A stretch of 64,000 nt of DNA, from assembly GCA_964016885.1 (NCBI GenBank), contig OZ024756.1, positions 41,230,001-41,294,000 on the forward strand, given 5' to 3'. Below the pieces are notes generated by a model, which did no database searches, was not told the DNA's origin, and worked only from the letters and a program-made list of their open reading frames with translations. Below, piece by piece: positions 13,608-28,300 of the stretch. The first letter of the stretch is position 1; every line of letters begins with the position of its first letter. The position numbers and the translations under genes are program-made. Source of the DNA: Eledone cirrhosa. Taxonomy: Eukaryota.

Positions 13608-13889
13608 TAAGATGGTAGTATGGACAAAACAAGAGAAGAAAAGTAAAGAAGAAAAGAATCCTTCATCAGCTGTAAAACCGAGATCAAGATGTTTCGGTGC
13701 TTAATACAGGACATCTACAAGTGTTCAGTGGTTTGCTCAAGGCCTTTTCTCAATCAAAAGGACAGGAGGGAAAGAAAAGAAAAAGGAAGAAAAAGAAAGA
13801 GAAGAAAAAAGGGGGAAGGTAGTGAGGAGAGAGGAAGAAAGAGAAAAAAGAGGTGAACGGATCCGATAGTGGGGGGACATATATATATT

Positions 13890-14052
13890 ATGTCCCTTTA
13901 TGTTCTGAGTTCAAATCCTGCTGAGGTTAGCTTTACCTTTCATCCTTACGGGGTCGATAAAATAAAGTCCCAGTAATGCACTGGGGTCGATTCAATCAAC
14001 TTTCCCCTCTCTCCAAATTGCTGGCCTTGTGCCAAAAATAGAAACAATTATT
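13890..14052 (+). mobile_element. Meta-like SINE, 5'-truncated
   Basis: GAGTTCAAATCC B-box, then CTTTCATCCTTACGGGGTCGATAAAATAAAG and GCTGGCCTTGTGCCAAAA. Confidence 0.75.
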
Positions 14053-14225
14053 GCTGTCATTGTTGTTGTTGTTATTGTTGCTGCTGTTGTTGTTGTCGTT
14101 GTAGTTGTTGTTGTAGTTGTTGTTGTTGTCATTGTTGTTGTTGTTATTGTTGCTGTTGTTGTTGTTGTTGTTGTTGTTGTAGTTGTCGTTGTTGTCATTG
14201 TTGTTGTTGTTATTGTTGCTGCTGC

Positions 14226-14312
<87 letters not shown>

Positions 14313-14597
14313 CGTCATTGTTGTTGTTGTTATTGTTGCTGCTGCTGCTGCTGCTGTTGTTGTTGTAGTAGTTGTTGTTGTCGTTGTTGTTGTTGTTGTA
14401 GTTGTTGTTGTCATTGTTGTTGTTGTTGTAGTTGTTGTTGTCATTGTTGTTGTTGTTGTTGTTGTAGTTGTTGTCATTGTTGTTGTTGTTGTAGTTGTTG
14501 TTGTCATTGTTGTTGTTGTTGTAGTTGTTGTTGTCATTGTTGTTGTCATTGTTGTTGTTGTTGTTGTAGTTGTTGTCATTGTTATTGTTGTTGCTAT
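14053..14597. repeat. (GTT)n-dominated microsatellite expanded from the SINE tail
   Basis: Directly visible. Confidence 0.95.
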
Positions 14598-14674
14598 TAT
14601 TAAAAGCAGTGATGTAAAACTATATCCTATTGCAATCCACTTAAAAAAAAGCCATCACTTTTATTAACATCTTC

Positions 14675-14919
14675 TGCACACTCACTGCACTTTACTCCCA
14701 GTTGCACTGTTACCATGCACACTCACTGCACTTTACTCCCAGTTGCACTGTTACCATGCACACTCACTGCACTTTACTCCCAGTTGCACTGTTACCATGC
14801 ACACTCACTGCACTTTACTCCCAGTTGCACTGTTACCATGCACACTCACTGCACTTTACTCCCAGTTGCACTGTTACCATGCACACTCACTGCACTTTAC
14901 TCCCAGTTGCACTGTTACC
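14675..14919. repeat. 41-bp minisatellite, ~6 copies
   Basis: Unit GCACACTCACTGCACTTTACTCCCAGTTGCACTGTTACCAT. Confidence 0.95.
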
Positions 14920-15206
14920 AAATGTTACCAAAAGTTGAAATGTTGTTACCAAAGCAACAGGACTGGTTGACAGTAGATGGCGATAGTGATGTTGTATGTG
15001 GGATGGGGACACACTGTCTGGAAGTAGATTATCGGCCTAAATATATATATAGAGAGAGAGAGGGGGGGGAGAGGGAGAGAGGGAGGGATAGAGAGGTGGA
15101 TAGAGAGAGGGAGGGGGAGAAAGGAGAAAGGGGAGGGGGAGAACCGACCCCAGTATTGGATTGGTACTGTTTCTATTGACCTCGGAAGGATGAAATGCAG
15201 AGAGAA

Positions 15207-15270
<64 letters not shown>

Positions 15271-15344
15271 AATACTGCAAAACATTTTATTTCCCACTTA
15301 GTTCTAACGACTCTACCAATTCACATTAACACACATGTTTATCA

Positions 15345-15545
15345 TATTTTAAACAAGTCTGGCAAATCCAGCCCCATGTCACCACATTAAAACATGTAGG
15401 AGGTATTTTAAACAAGTCTGGCAAATCCAGCCCCATGTCACCACATTAAAACATGTAGGAGCTATTTTAAACAAGTCTGGCAAATCCAGCCCCATGTCAC
15501 CACATTAAAACATGTAGGAGGTATTTTAAACAAGTCTGGAAAATC
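15345..15545. repeat. ~59-bp minisatellite, ~3.4 copies
   Basis: Unit TTTAAACAAGTCTGGCAAATCCAGCCCCATGTCACCACATTAAAACATGTAGGAG.. Confidence 0.9.
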
Positions 15546-15739
15546 AAGTCATTTCAATGAGGAAGGCAAACAATAAGGATTTTTTAAAAAAATACCTTTT
15601 TAGGAACAAAAAAAAATGAATTTGAATAAAAAGAATACAAAAAAAACTAAAGAATAAAAAGATCCATGATTTATGATTTCTAATACAAAATATAAAGTAG
15701 TAAGAACTAATGGCTACTTAAGTTGACGGTTGTGTTTGT

Positions 15740-16117
15740 TTATTGTTGTTGTTGGTAGTGGGTGTTGGTAGTGGTGGTGGTGTTGGTGTTGGTAGTGGTG
15801 GTGGTGTTGGTGGTGGTGTTGGTGGTGTTGGTAGTGGTAGTGGTGGTGGTGTTGGTGGTAGTGGTGTTGTTGGTAGTGTTGGTGGTGGTGTTGGTGGTGG
15901 TAGTGGTGGTGGTGTTGGTGGTAGTGGTGTTGTTGGTAGTGTTGGTGGTGGTGTTGGTGGTGGTGGTGGTGGTGGTGGTGTTGGTGTTGGTGGTAGTGGT
16001 GTTGTTGGTGGTGGTGGTGGTGGTGGTGTTGGTGGTAGTGCTGGTAGTGGTGGTGTTGGTGGTAGTGGTGGTGGTGTTGGTGTTGGTGGTGTTGTTTGTT
16101 GTTGTTGTTGTTGTTGG

Positions 16118-16160
<43 letters not shown>

Positions 16161-16500
16161 GGTGTTGGTGTTGTTGGTGTTGTTGGTAGTGGTGGTGTTG
16201 TTGTTGGTGTTGTTGTTGTTGGTGTTGTTGGTGTTGTTGTTGTTGTTGGTGTTGTTGGTAGTGGTGGTGTTGTTGGTGTTGTTGGTAGTGGTGGTGTGTT
16301 GTGGCTGAGAAAGAAAGAGAGACTTTCCAAGTGAGACAACATTACACACTTGATAGTAGTGTCTCTTGAAGGAATATTAAGAAGAAAAAGGAGAAGAAGA
16401 AGAAGAAGAAGAAGAAGAAGATGAAGGAGAAGGAGAAGAAGAAGAAGATGAAGGAGAAGAAGGAGAAGGAGAAGAAGAAGAAGAAGAAGAAGAAGACAAA
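15740..16500. repeat. (GGT/GTT)n array followed by (GAA)n
   Basis: Directly visible. Confidence 0.9.
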
Positions 16501-16904
16501 AGACAGAAGATGCTGCTGATGATGATATTGTAGAGCTTCAGGCAGTTAGGTAGCAGATGGGTTAAGCTAGTAGCAAGTACAGCTGTGAAAAAATCATTAA
16601 AAATAATTTCTTCTCCTGGAAAGATTTCTGAAAGAATGGAAAGGGTTTGTTATGATACTTATGTCTAATATCTCTCAAGTGAAGTAGTTCAGGCAGTTTT
16701 ATCCTACGTTAGGTAACATAGAAACTATACATAACAGGTCAGCTATAGCCTGATGATGATATCAGTCATCTCACCCTCCTGCTAACATACCAGTAATTGT
16801 AGCAGGTTGGTTGTTGTTTGACTGAGATTGCTGAACATGATAACTTCTTAATGTATTGAAATCATGCTTTAAAGGCAGAGAAGGAAAACTAAAATTAGTG
16901 GATG

Positions 16905-17176
16905 GTGTTAACTATTCTGAAAGAGAAAGGAAGATAATTCTAATGAACCAAGAATTAATTTATGGTTGAAATAACAAACTTAAGGGCAATCTAATCTTTG
17001 TTTAGAGGCAAATAACAGCTTTGCACACATGTGTTAGCTATTCTGAAAGAGAAAGGGAGATAATCTTAATGAACCAAGAATTAATTTATGGTTGAATTAA
17101 CACACTATAGTTAAGAATAGTTTGATCTTTGTTTAGAGTTAAGTATCAGCGATGGACACATGTGTTAGATATTCTC
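16905..17176. repeat. Diverged ~126-bp tandem duplication
   Basis: GTGTTA.CTATTCTGAAAGAGAAAGG.AGATAAT..TAATGAACCAAGAATTAATTTATGGTTGAA occurs at ~16905 and ~17031. Confidence 0.8.
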
Positions 17177-17235
17177 ACTTTAACCACATCAGCATAGTCC
17201 GGTTCTGATCACTTCTGATCAGTATCTTATATATA

Positions 17236-17287
<52 letters not shown>

Positions 17288-17406
17288 AATATATATATAT
17301 AAATATATATGTATACATATGTATCTCTAAATATATATCGTCATTATATATATATATATCATCATCATCATCATCGTTTAATGTGCACTTTCCATGATAG
17401 TATGGG

Positions 17407-17443
<37 letters not shown>

Positions 17444-17923
17444 AACATTTATAGATATGTGAGCATGTATCTGCCAATATGTATGTCTGTAGATGAAGAG
17501 CCACACTGACAGCTACAACTACAAATAGATACAGACAGAGTAAATTATTAGCTAAATATATATCACCAAACATGCAACTTTCCATATGTAAACTCTCATC
17601 TTACTTCATGTTCTCCTGAGATTTCAGATCTTCTCTCGAAAACTGGACTCCATTCTTAATCAAAATAGCATCACTGTTGAGTTAGCAGCCTGTTGTTGTT
17701 GTTATTGTTATTGTTTTTGTTGTTGTTGTTGTTGTTTGTTGTTTGTTGTTGTCGTGATTGTGGTGGTGGAAGTGGTGGTGGTAGTGGTGGTAGTGGTGGG
17801 TTAGTGGTGGTGGTGATAGTGGGGTGATGGTGGTGGTGGTGATGTTGATATTGTGATGTTGATGCTGTTGTTATTGATATTGTTGATGTCGTTTATCTTC
17901 TTCTTCTTCTTCTTCTTCTTCTT

Positions 17924-17954
<31 letters not shown>

Positions 17955-17982
17955 TTATTATTATTATTATTCTCCCCCTCCC

Positions 17983-18081
<99 letters not shown>

Positions 18082-18301
18082 ATATGTGTGTGTTTGTATA
18101 TGTGTGTGTGAAATAAAATCATATTCAAAATAAACACCACTAACCACAATCCCAACAAACCCTACAAGAGTAAATAATCTAAAATAGAAACAAAGAATTC
18201 AATTGAACCTTTGGGAATGTGGTAGGGGAGGCGGGGAGGAGTTTACTGTGTGTGGTCGTAAGAAGTATCTATGTTATACGTGTGTATATGTGTTTATGTA
18301 A

Positions 18302-18345
<44 letters not shown>

Positions 18346-18350
<5 letters not shown>

Positions 18351-18567
18351 AAAAAGTATGACCCCGACGGCAGAGCTCAAGCCGTTTCGATGACTATTTC
18401 TGGACTGAAATAGCCGTCTGAACTAAAATAGTCCAGAAATAGCCGTCGAAACAGTTTGAGCTCTGCCGTTGGGGTTAAACATTTTCCTATTACCCACTCT
18501 ACTACCCTAAGTATTGAGTAATCTGGTGCATTATGGTCCATCTGGTTCCTTACCACACTTCCTTCTT

Positions 18568-18568
<1 letters not shown>
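18346..18568 (+). mobile_element. (TA)n-embedded fold-back element with asymmetric tail
   Basis: ~61-bp imperfect inverted arms at 18346-18406 and 18430-18490, then a ~78-bp tail, with (TA)n on both sides. An internally deleted sibling lies at 20714-20848. Confidence 0.75.
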
Positions 18569-18627
<59 letters not shown>

Positions 18628-19069
18628 TAGACAGTATGCCCACACTCCCACTGTAAAGTGGGAGTGTAAAAAGCACCCAGTACTCACTGTAAATGAGGTT
18701 TGGGTTAGGAAGGGCATCCAGCTGTAGAAATCAAGCCAAAATCAGTTCTGTATGAGCAAGACATGGTCACCTGACCTAGCATTGCCCACAACAGGACAAC
18801 CTGTCCAACCCATGATGATGATATATATATATATATATAAACACACACACACACATACACGTGTCTCTATATATCATCATCATCATCATCATACATCTGT
18901 TACACCCACTGGTCACATACAATATACAATTTACCGGTTTAAATTATGTCAAGGTGTGAGATAAAAGAAGCTTAAATTACCTGTAAGTCGTTCATCCTTA
19001 AATTAATAAATAACTGATCTGAGAAATAGTTCAGTACACTGGCAAATATTTTACAAATGTATACATACA

Positions 19070-19112
<43 letters not shown>

Positions 19113-19122
19113 GTGTGTGTAT

Positions 19123-19726
19123 ACCCTCCATCAGACACCTACCATACTCTGAACGCCTTGCTTCCCTGGGCATGAATTCATTGAAGCTCCGACGTCTGGC
19201 AATGGACTTGGTAAACACCCACAAAGTTATTAACCATCTCACCAACAACAACCCTGAGCACGTTTTTGATCTTCATGTGTCTAACACACGTGGACATGTC
19301 TACAACGTCAGAAAACAGCACAGCTCCCATGACTTTCGGATACATTTTTTCACGCTCAGAGTTGCTGAAGCATGGAACAAACTACCTGCATCAGTTGTTA
19401 GCTGCCGAGACACTGCATCCTTTAAAACCTCCATGGAACAAACTGCCTGCGTCAGTTGTTAGCTGTCGAGACACTGCATCCTTTAAAACCTCCATGGAAC
19501 AAACTGCCTGCGTCGGTTGTTAGCTGCCGAGACACTGCATCCTTTAAAACCCTCATGCTTCCCGAAATTCGCCAAAACTACACCTGATGTACCCCTTCCA
19601 TACACATGCACACATGTGTATATCATGACTCATGCACTGCTCATTTTCCTGATGTTTGTACATTACCCTATGTACTATACATACACTTTTGATGAGTTGT
19701 AGTGCACCTGAGCACTGTACACAATA

Positions 19727-19760
<34 letters not shown>
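19123..19760 (+). mobile_element. CR1-clade LINE 3' fragment with internal 61-bp triplication
   Basis: IPSIRHLPYSERLASLGMNSLKLRRLAMDLVNTHKVI...TRGH....FFTLRVAEAWNKLPASVV is typical of the CR1 ORF2 C-terminus. 61-bp units start at 19371, 19432 and 19493; 3' UTR and (ATT)n tail follow. Confidence 0.88.
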
Positions 19761-19767
<7 letters not shown>

Positions 19768-19801
19768 TCATTGTTTAATGTCCATCTTCCACGCTAGCAA
19801 G

Positions 19802-19847
<46 letters not shown>

Positions 19848-19917
19848 AACATACATATGTATATGTAACCCATGCTAGCGTGACAGATAGACGTTAAACG
19901 ATGATGATGATGATGAT

Positions 19918-19999
<82 letters not shown>

Positions 20000-20111
20000 T
20001 ATATATATATATATAAATAATGAATCAAAACATATCAAATATATTTAGAATTTTGTGTTTCTCAATAAGCAAGCTCAATAGACTTTACCTAGAGACATAA
20101 TAACCAACTGA

Positions 20112-20163
<52 letters not shown>

Positions 20164-20289
20164 GAGAGAGAGGTGGGGGGGGGCATATATTGTATATTGT
20201 ATATATACCAAATACATATTCTATAGAAGAATGTGTACACAGGTGGAATCATAAGTGAAACATGCCCCCCCCCCCCCCCCCCCCCCCCT

Positions 20290-20435
20290 TAGTTGTAGAC
20301 CATGGCATTATAGGTTTCACCAACAAGGCTTGGGTCGAAGAAACTTGGCTATGGTAAAGAAACTTGTCCAAGATACCACATGGTGGGAATGACATTAAAC
20401 CCATGTAGCTGTCAACTCATTAACTTCACAGCTAT
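20290..20435 (-). mobile_element. Degenerate tRNA-derived SINE (another family)
   Basis: Resembles 51865-51970 (-) and 50712-50850 (+): CAAGGCTTGGGTCG..GGCTATGGTAAAGAAACTTGTCCAAG...CCATGT...CACAGCTA. Confidence 0.5.
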
Positions 20436-20686
20436 TTAATGATTTTATATTCATCGTTACACATATTATTGCCGAACTGGTATAAGGGTCTTATTACTTG
20501 AATACCAACATGATTAATGTAATATAATCTATATTTTATATCTATAGACAAAAGAAGAACAACAAAAAACTCACAAAAACCCAACAAAATAACACCTGTG
20601 ATCAAGGTTATTCCTCTGACTTTTATATTTATTTATGTACTTTTCACTTTTCAATCATAAACATATGTATTGCTTTTATAAAATTC

Positions 20687-20713
<27 letters not shown>

Positions 20714-20717
<4 letters not shown>

Positions 20718-20848
20718 GAAAAAGTATGACCCCGACGGCAGAGCTCAAGCCATTTCGATTTTTTCCTATTTCACACTCTACTACCCTAAGTATTGAGTAC
20801 TCTGGTGCGTTATGGTCCATCTGGTTCCTTAGCACAATTCCTTTGTTA
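20714..20848 (+). mobile_element. Internally deleted copy of the 18346 fold-back element
   Basis: Same 5' arm (GGAAAAAGTATGACCCCGACGGCAGAGCTCAAGCC) and same tail; the hairpin centre and most of the right arm are missing. (TA)n flanks. Confidence 0.8.
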
Positions 20849-21844
20849 TATATATATATCCTGCCTTGTGTCACACACAGTAACAGTGTTATATCCTGTG
20901 TCACACAGTAACGCAGTGTCCTACTCTGTGTCACACAGTAACTCAGTCTCCTGCCCTGTGTCACAGACAGTGACAATGTCATATACTGTGTCACCCACAA
21001 TGACACACTGTTATGCCCTACACTCTGTAAAACACAATGACACTGTCAGTTATAAGATTCTTTTCACAAAATCATTGTTTGGGACATTAATATTTTATTT
21101 TTATTCTTGAACAAATGCTTCTATATCGGACACGTCATGTGTTTCATATAAAGAAGGTGTGGTTGTGATCTTTATAAAGACTAAGCCGAGTCATACCATG
21201 TTGCTCTAGACCAATAGCTCCTAAGCCTATTTTCTTAAGAACCCCAACCTATATTCCATAGTAAATTCCACCACCTCAATTTTCATAAAATATTAACTGA
21301 AACTAAAACATTATTTTAGAGTGAAAATTTGTCATATTAAAAAAAAAAACAAAGAAAAAAACATAACAAATTTCTATTATTGATTTTTAATTTAAGCACA
21401 AGGCCAGCAAAGCTGATTAAATCAACCTCAGTATTTAACTGGTACTTCCTTTTATCGACCCCAGAAGGATGAAAGGCAAAGTTGACCTTGGTCAGATTTG
21501 TGGTGATAGTAGTGAATGTAATTTGATAAATACTTTGGCTGTTGTTTCTAACAGGTTATGTAGTAGTTCCTTCATTAGCCATTGTACTGTGTGTGTTATC
21601 CAGAGGCACTGCATATCAGAGTATTGACAATATCATACACCTAAACAACATATGTACTTGTCTATACCATACTAATTCAAACTGCCTGAAGAGGTCACAG
21701 CCAAAGATGGCTGTCACTGAAATATATATAGCAGTAATAAACGAAGCTAAATTTTAATCATTTGACTTTTATTTAACTTTATTTTATATATATATATATA
21801 TATATATAATCATCATCATCATCATCATGATATATATATATATC

Positions 21845-22547
<703 letters not shown>

Positions 22548-22719
22548 TACGTTATTCCGGGTTGAATCGGAGGTAACCACAGTAAGTAAGGTACTCAATA
22601 CATAGCAGAGTATAAAAGTTTTAATATAGATGAGATTCTACAGGACTAGATCTGTTTCATTCTTCAGGATGATTTCTGAAGAATGAAACAGTTCTAGTCC
22701 TGTAGAATCTCATCTATAT
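22548..22719 (-). mobile_element. (TA)n-embedded fold-back element with hammerhead-like core boxes
   Basis: 44-bp inverted arms at 22624-22667 and 22676-22719. Arms read CTGAAGA-AT-GAAAC-AG(A/T)TCTA-GTC. The tail (minus strand) has TACTCTGCTATGTATTGAGTAC. Confidence 0.65.
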
Positions 22720-23251
22720 ATAAATAAATATATATATATATAAATATAAACATATCAGTCCCAATCTTGCTAGCAGGGAAAAGTGGACATAACATGATGA
22801 TGATATTAGAATTAAGCCAAAACCTTGATTAGGGGGACATACGTTGCACAAAACAAGTCACATTTACTCACAATTCAATCCTCATCTGTGGTTTCTGGAA
22901 TTAAAGAACAACATTAATTATTTCAATAAATTAAACCAACCAATATTGGAAGAATTATTCTGTCTTCAGAGGGAAATTGTTTGGAAGAAGAGAAAAGAGA
23001 TAGAATATGAATAAAACTGACTTATTTGAGTTTGTCTAGCTTATATCCCACCAAATCAAGATTTTGGTTTTAAGTTTAATATGTTATGTCTCTAGAGATC
23101 TGTAGAAGCCCACATCTGTGTGTGGGTATTCATCCATGTACCACACACACTATACAACTTGTTAAACTTGATATATTTAACTATTTCCAATCCAACCTAC
23201 CACAGATCTTCTCACTTTCTATGACACAAAAACCTGTATTAAATTGATGCC

Positions 23252-25325
23252 GACCACCACCACTACCACTACTGCTACCACTACCACTACCACTACCACT
23301 ACCACTACTACTACCACTACCACTACTACTACCACTACTACTATCAATACCACTACTGCTACCACTACCACTACTGCCACCACTACCACTACTGCTACCA
23401 CTACCACTACCACTACCACTACTGCCACCACTACCACTACTACTATCAATACCACTACTGCTACCACTACCACTACTGCCACCACTACCACTACTACTAC
23501 CACTACCACTACTACTACCACTACTACTATCACTACCACTACTACTACCACTACTACTACCACTACCACTACTACTACCACTACTACTATCAATACCACT
23601 ACTGCTACCACTACCACTACTACTACCACTACCACTACTGCTACCACTACCACTACTACTACCACTACCACTACTGCTACCACTACCACTACTGCTACCA
23701 CTACCACTACTGCCACCACTACCACTACTGCTACCACTACCACTACTGCTACCACTACCACTACTACTACCACTACTACTACCACTACCACTACTACTAC
23801 CACTACTACTATCAATACCACTACTGCCACCACTACCACTACTGCTACCACTACCACTACTACTACCACTACCACTACTGCTACCACTACCACTACTGCT
23901 ACCACTACCACTACTGCTACCACTACCACTACTACTACCACTACCACTACTACTACCACTACTACTATCAATACCACTACTGCTACCACTACCACTACTG
24001 CTACCACTACCACTACTACTACCACTACTACTACCACTACCACTACTGCCACCACTACCACTACTACTACCACTACCACTACTGCTACCACTACCACTAC
24101 TGCTACCACTACCACTACTGCCACCACTACCACTACTGCTACCACTACCACTACTACTACCACTACTACTATCAATACCACTACTGCCACCACTACCACT
24201 ACTACTACCACTACCACTACTGCTACCACTACCACTACTGCTACCACTACCACTACTGCTACCACTACCACTACTACTACCACTACCACTACTACTACCA
24301 CTACCACTACTACTACCACTACTACTATCACTACCACTACTACTACCACTACTACTACCACTACCACTACTACTACCACTACTACTATCAATACCACTAC
24401 TGCCACCACTACCACTACTGCTACCACTACCACTACTACTACCACTACCACTACTGCTACCACTACCACTACTACTACCACTACCACTACTACTACCACT
24501 ACCACTACCACTACCACTACTGCTACCACTACCACTACTACTACCACTACCACTACTACTACCACTACCACTACTACTACCACTACTACTATCACTACCA
24601 CTACTACTACCACTACTACTACCACTACCACTACCACTACTACTACCACTACCACTACTACTACCACTACCACTACTACTACCACTACTACTACCACTAC
24701 CACTACTGCTACCACTACCACTACTGCCACCACTACCACTACTGCCACCACTACCACTACTACTATCACTACCACTACTGCTACCACTACCACTACTGCC
24801 ACCACTACCACTACTGCTACCACTACCACTACTACTACCACTACCACTACTGCTACCACTACTGCTACCAATACCACTACTGCTACCACTACCACTACCA
24901 CTACCACTACTGCTACCATTACCACTACTGCTACCATTACCACTACCACTACCACTACTACTACCACTACTGCTACCACTACCACTACTGCTACCATTAC
25001 CACTACTGCTACCATTACCACTACTACTACCACTACCACTACCACTACCACTACTGCTACCACTACCACCACCACTACCACTACCACTACTGCCACCACT
25101 ACCACTACTGCTACCACTACCAGTACTGCTACCACTACCACTACTGCTACCACTACCACTACTGCCACCACTACCAATACTACTACCACTACCACCACCA
25201 CTACCACTACTACTACCACTACCACTACTGCTACCAATACCACTACTACTACTACCACTACCACTATCTCTACTACCACCACTACCACTATTACTACCAA
25301 TACCACTACTGCTACCACTACTACT
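23252..25325. repeat. 2-kb compound (ACT/ACC/GCT)n array
   Basis: Directly visible; gives the poly-Thr and poly-Val ORFs. Confidence 0.95.
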
Positions 25326-25335
25326 GGCTACTATT

Positions 25336-28300
25336 GGTCACTACAGTTCTAATGACTCTACCAAGATACTGGTCACTACAGTTCTAATGACTCTACCAAG
25401 ATACTGGTCACTACAGTTCTAATGACTCTACCAAGATACTGGTCACTACAGTTCTAATGACTCTACCAAGATACTGGTCACTACAGTTCTAATGACTCTA
25501 CCAAGATACTGGTCACTACAGTTCTAATGACTCTACCAAGATACTGGTCACTACAGTTCTAATGACTCTACCAAGATACTGGTCACTACAGTTCTAATGA
25601 CTCTACCAAGATACTGGTCACTACAGTTCTAATGACTCTACCAAGATACTGGTCACTACAGTTCTAATGACTCTACCAAGATACTGGTCACTACAGTTTT
25701 AATGACTCTACCAAGATACTGGTCACTACAGTTTTAATGACTCTACCAAGATACTAGTCACTACAGTTCTAATGACTCTACCAAGATACTGGTCACTACA
25801 GTTCTAATGACTCTACCAAGATACTGGTCACTACAGTTCTAATGACTCTACCAAGATACTGGTCACTACAGTTCTAATGACTCTACCAAGATACTGGTCA
25901 CTACAGTTTTAATGACTCTACCAAGATACTGGTCACTACAGTTCTAATGACTCTACCAAGATACTGGTCACTACAGTTTTAATGACTCTACCAAGATACT
26001 GGTCACTACAGTTCTAATGACTCTACCAAGATACTGGTCACTACAGTTCTAATGACACTACCAAGATACTGGTCACTACAGTTCTAATGACTCTACCAAG
26101 ATACTGGTCACTACAGTTCTAATGACTCTACCAAGATACTGGTCACTACAGTTTTAATGACTCTACCAAGATACTGGTCACTACAGTTCTAATGACTCTA
26201 CCAAGATACTGGTCACTACAGTTCTAATGACTCTACCAAGATACTGGTCACTACAGTTCTAATGACTCTACCAAGATACTGGTCACTACAGTTCTAATGA
26301 CTCTACCAAGATACTGGTCACTACAGTTTTAATGACTCTACCAAGATACTGGTCACTACAGTTCTAATGACTCTACCAAGATACTGGTCACTACAGTTCT
26401 AATGACTCTACCAAGATACTGGTCACTACAGTTCTAATGACTCTACCAAGATACTGGTCACTACAGTTTTAATGACTCTACCAAGATACTGGTCACTACA
26501 GTTCTAATGACTCTACCAAGATACTGGTCACTACAGTTCTAATGACTCTACCAAGATACTGGTCACTACAGTTCTAATGACTCTACCAAGATACTGGTCA
26601 CTACAGTTCTAATGACTCTACCAAGATACTGGTCACTACAGTTCTAATGACTCTACCAAGATACTGGTCACTACAGTTTTAATGACTCTACCAAGATACT
26701 GGTCACTACAGTTCTAATGACTCTACCAAGATACTGGTCACTACAGTTCTAATGACTCTACCAAGATACTGGTCACTACAGTTCTAATGACTCTACCAAG
26801 ATACTGGTCACTACAGTTCTAATGACTCTACCAAGATACTGGTCACTACAGTTTTAATGACTCTACCAAGATACTGGTCACTACAGTTCTAATGACTCTA
26901 CCAAGATACTGGTCACTACAGTTTTAATGACTCTACCAAGATACTGGTCATTACAGTTCTAATGACTCTACCAAGATACTGGTCATTACAGTTCTAATGA
27001 CTCTACCAAGATACTGGTCACTACAGTTCTAATGACTCTACCAAGATACTGGTCATTACAGTTTTAATGACTCTACCAAGATACTGGTCACTACAGTTCT
27101 AATGACTCTACCAAGATACTGGTCATTACAGTTCTAATGACTCTACCAAGATACTGGTCATTACAGTTCTAATGACTCTACCAAGATACTGGTCACTACA
27201 GTTCTAATGACTCTACCAAGATACTGGTCATTACAGTTTTAATGACTCTACCAAGATACTGGTCACTACAGTTCTAATGACTCTACCAAGATACTGGTCA
27301 TTACAGTTCTAATGACTCTACCAAGATACTGGTCATTACAGTTCTAATGACTCTACCAAGATACTGGTCACTACAGTTCTAATGACTCTACCAAGATACT
27401 GGTCATTACAGTTTTAATGACTCTACCAAGATACTGGTCACTACAGTTCTAATGACTCTACCAAGATACTGGTCATTACAGTTCTAATGACTCTACCAAG
27501 ATACTGGTCATTACAGTTCTAATGACTCTACCAAGATACTGGTCACTACAGTTCTAATGACTCTACCAAGATACTGGTCATTACAGTTTAATGACTCTAC
27601 CAAGATACTGGTCACTACAGTTTCTAATGACTCTACCAAGATACTGGTCATTACAGTTCTAATGACTCTACCAAGATACTGGTCATCTACAGTTCTAATG
27701 ACTCTACCAAGATACTGGTCACTACAGTTCTAATGACTCTACCAAGATACTGGTCATTACAGTTCTAATGACTCTACCAAGATACTGGTCACTACAGTTC
27801 TAATGACTCATACCAAGATACTGGGTCACTACAGTTCTAATGACTCTACCAAGATACTGGTCACTACAGTTTCTAATGACTCTACCAGATACTGGTCACT
27901 ACAGTTTTAATGACTCTACCAAGATACTGGGTCACTACAGTTCTAATGACTCTACCAAGATACTGGTCACTACAGTTTTAATGACTCTACCAAGATACTG
28001 GTCATTACAGTTCTAATGACTCTACCAAGATACTGGTCACTACGTTCTAATGACCTCTACCAAGATACTGGTCATTACAGTTCTAATGACTCTACCAAGA
28101 TACTGGTCACTACAGTTCTAATGACTCTACCAAGATACTGGTCACTACAGTTTTAATGACTCTACCAAGATACTGGTCACTACAGTTTTAATGACTCTAC
28201 CAAGATACTGGTCACTACAGTTCTAATGACTCTACCAAGATACTGGTCACTACAGTTCTAATGACTCTACCAAGATACTGGTCACTACAGTTTTAATGAC

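Noticed and set aside
13605-13760. Hammerhead on the minus strand (CTGATGAAGG near 13660)
   Set aside because: No GAAAC or stem III follows in the right order; at most a decayed remnant.
23219-25352. 702-aa poly-Thr mucin-like ORF and 699-aa poly-Val ORF
   Set aside because: Pure trinucleotide repeat with no signal peptide or flanking domain; open on both strands only because the repeat lacks stops.
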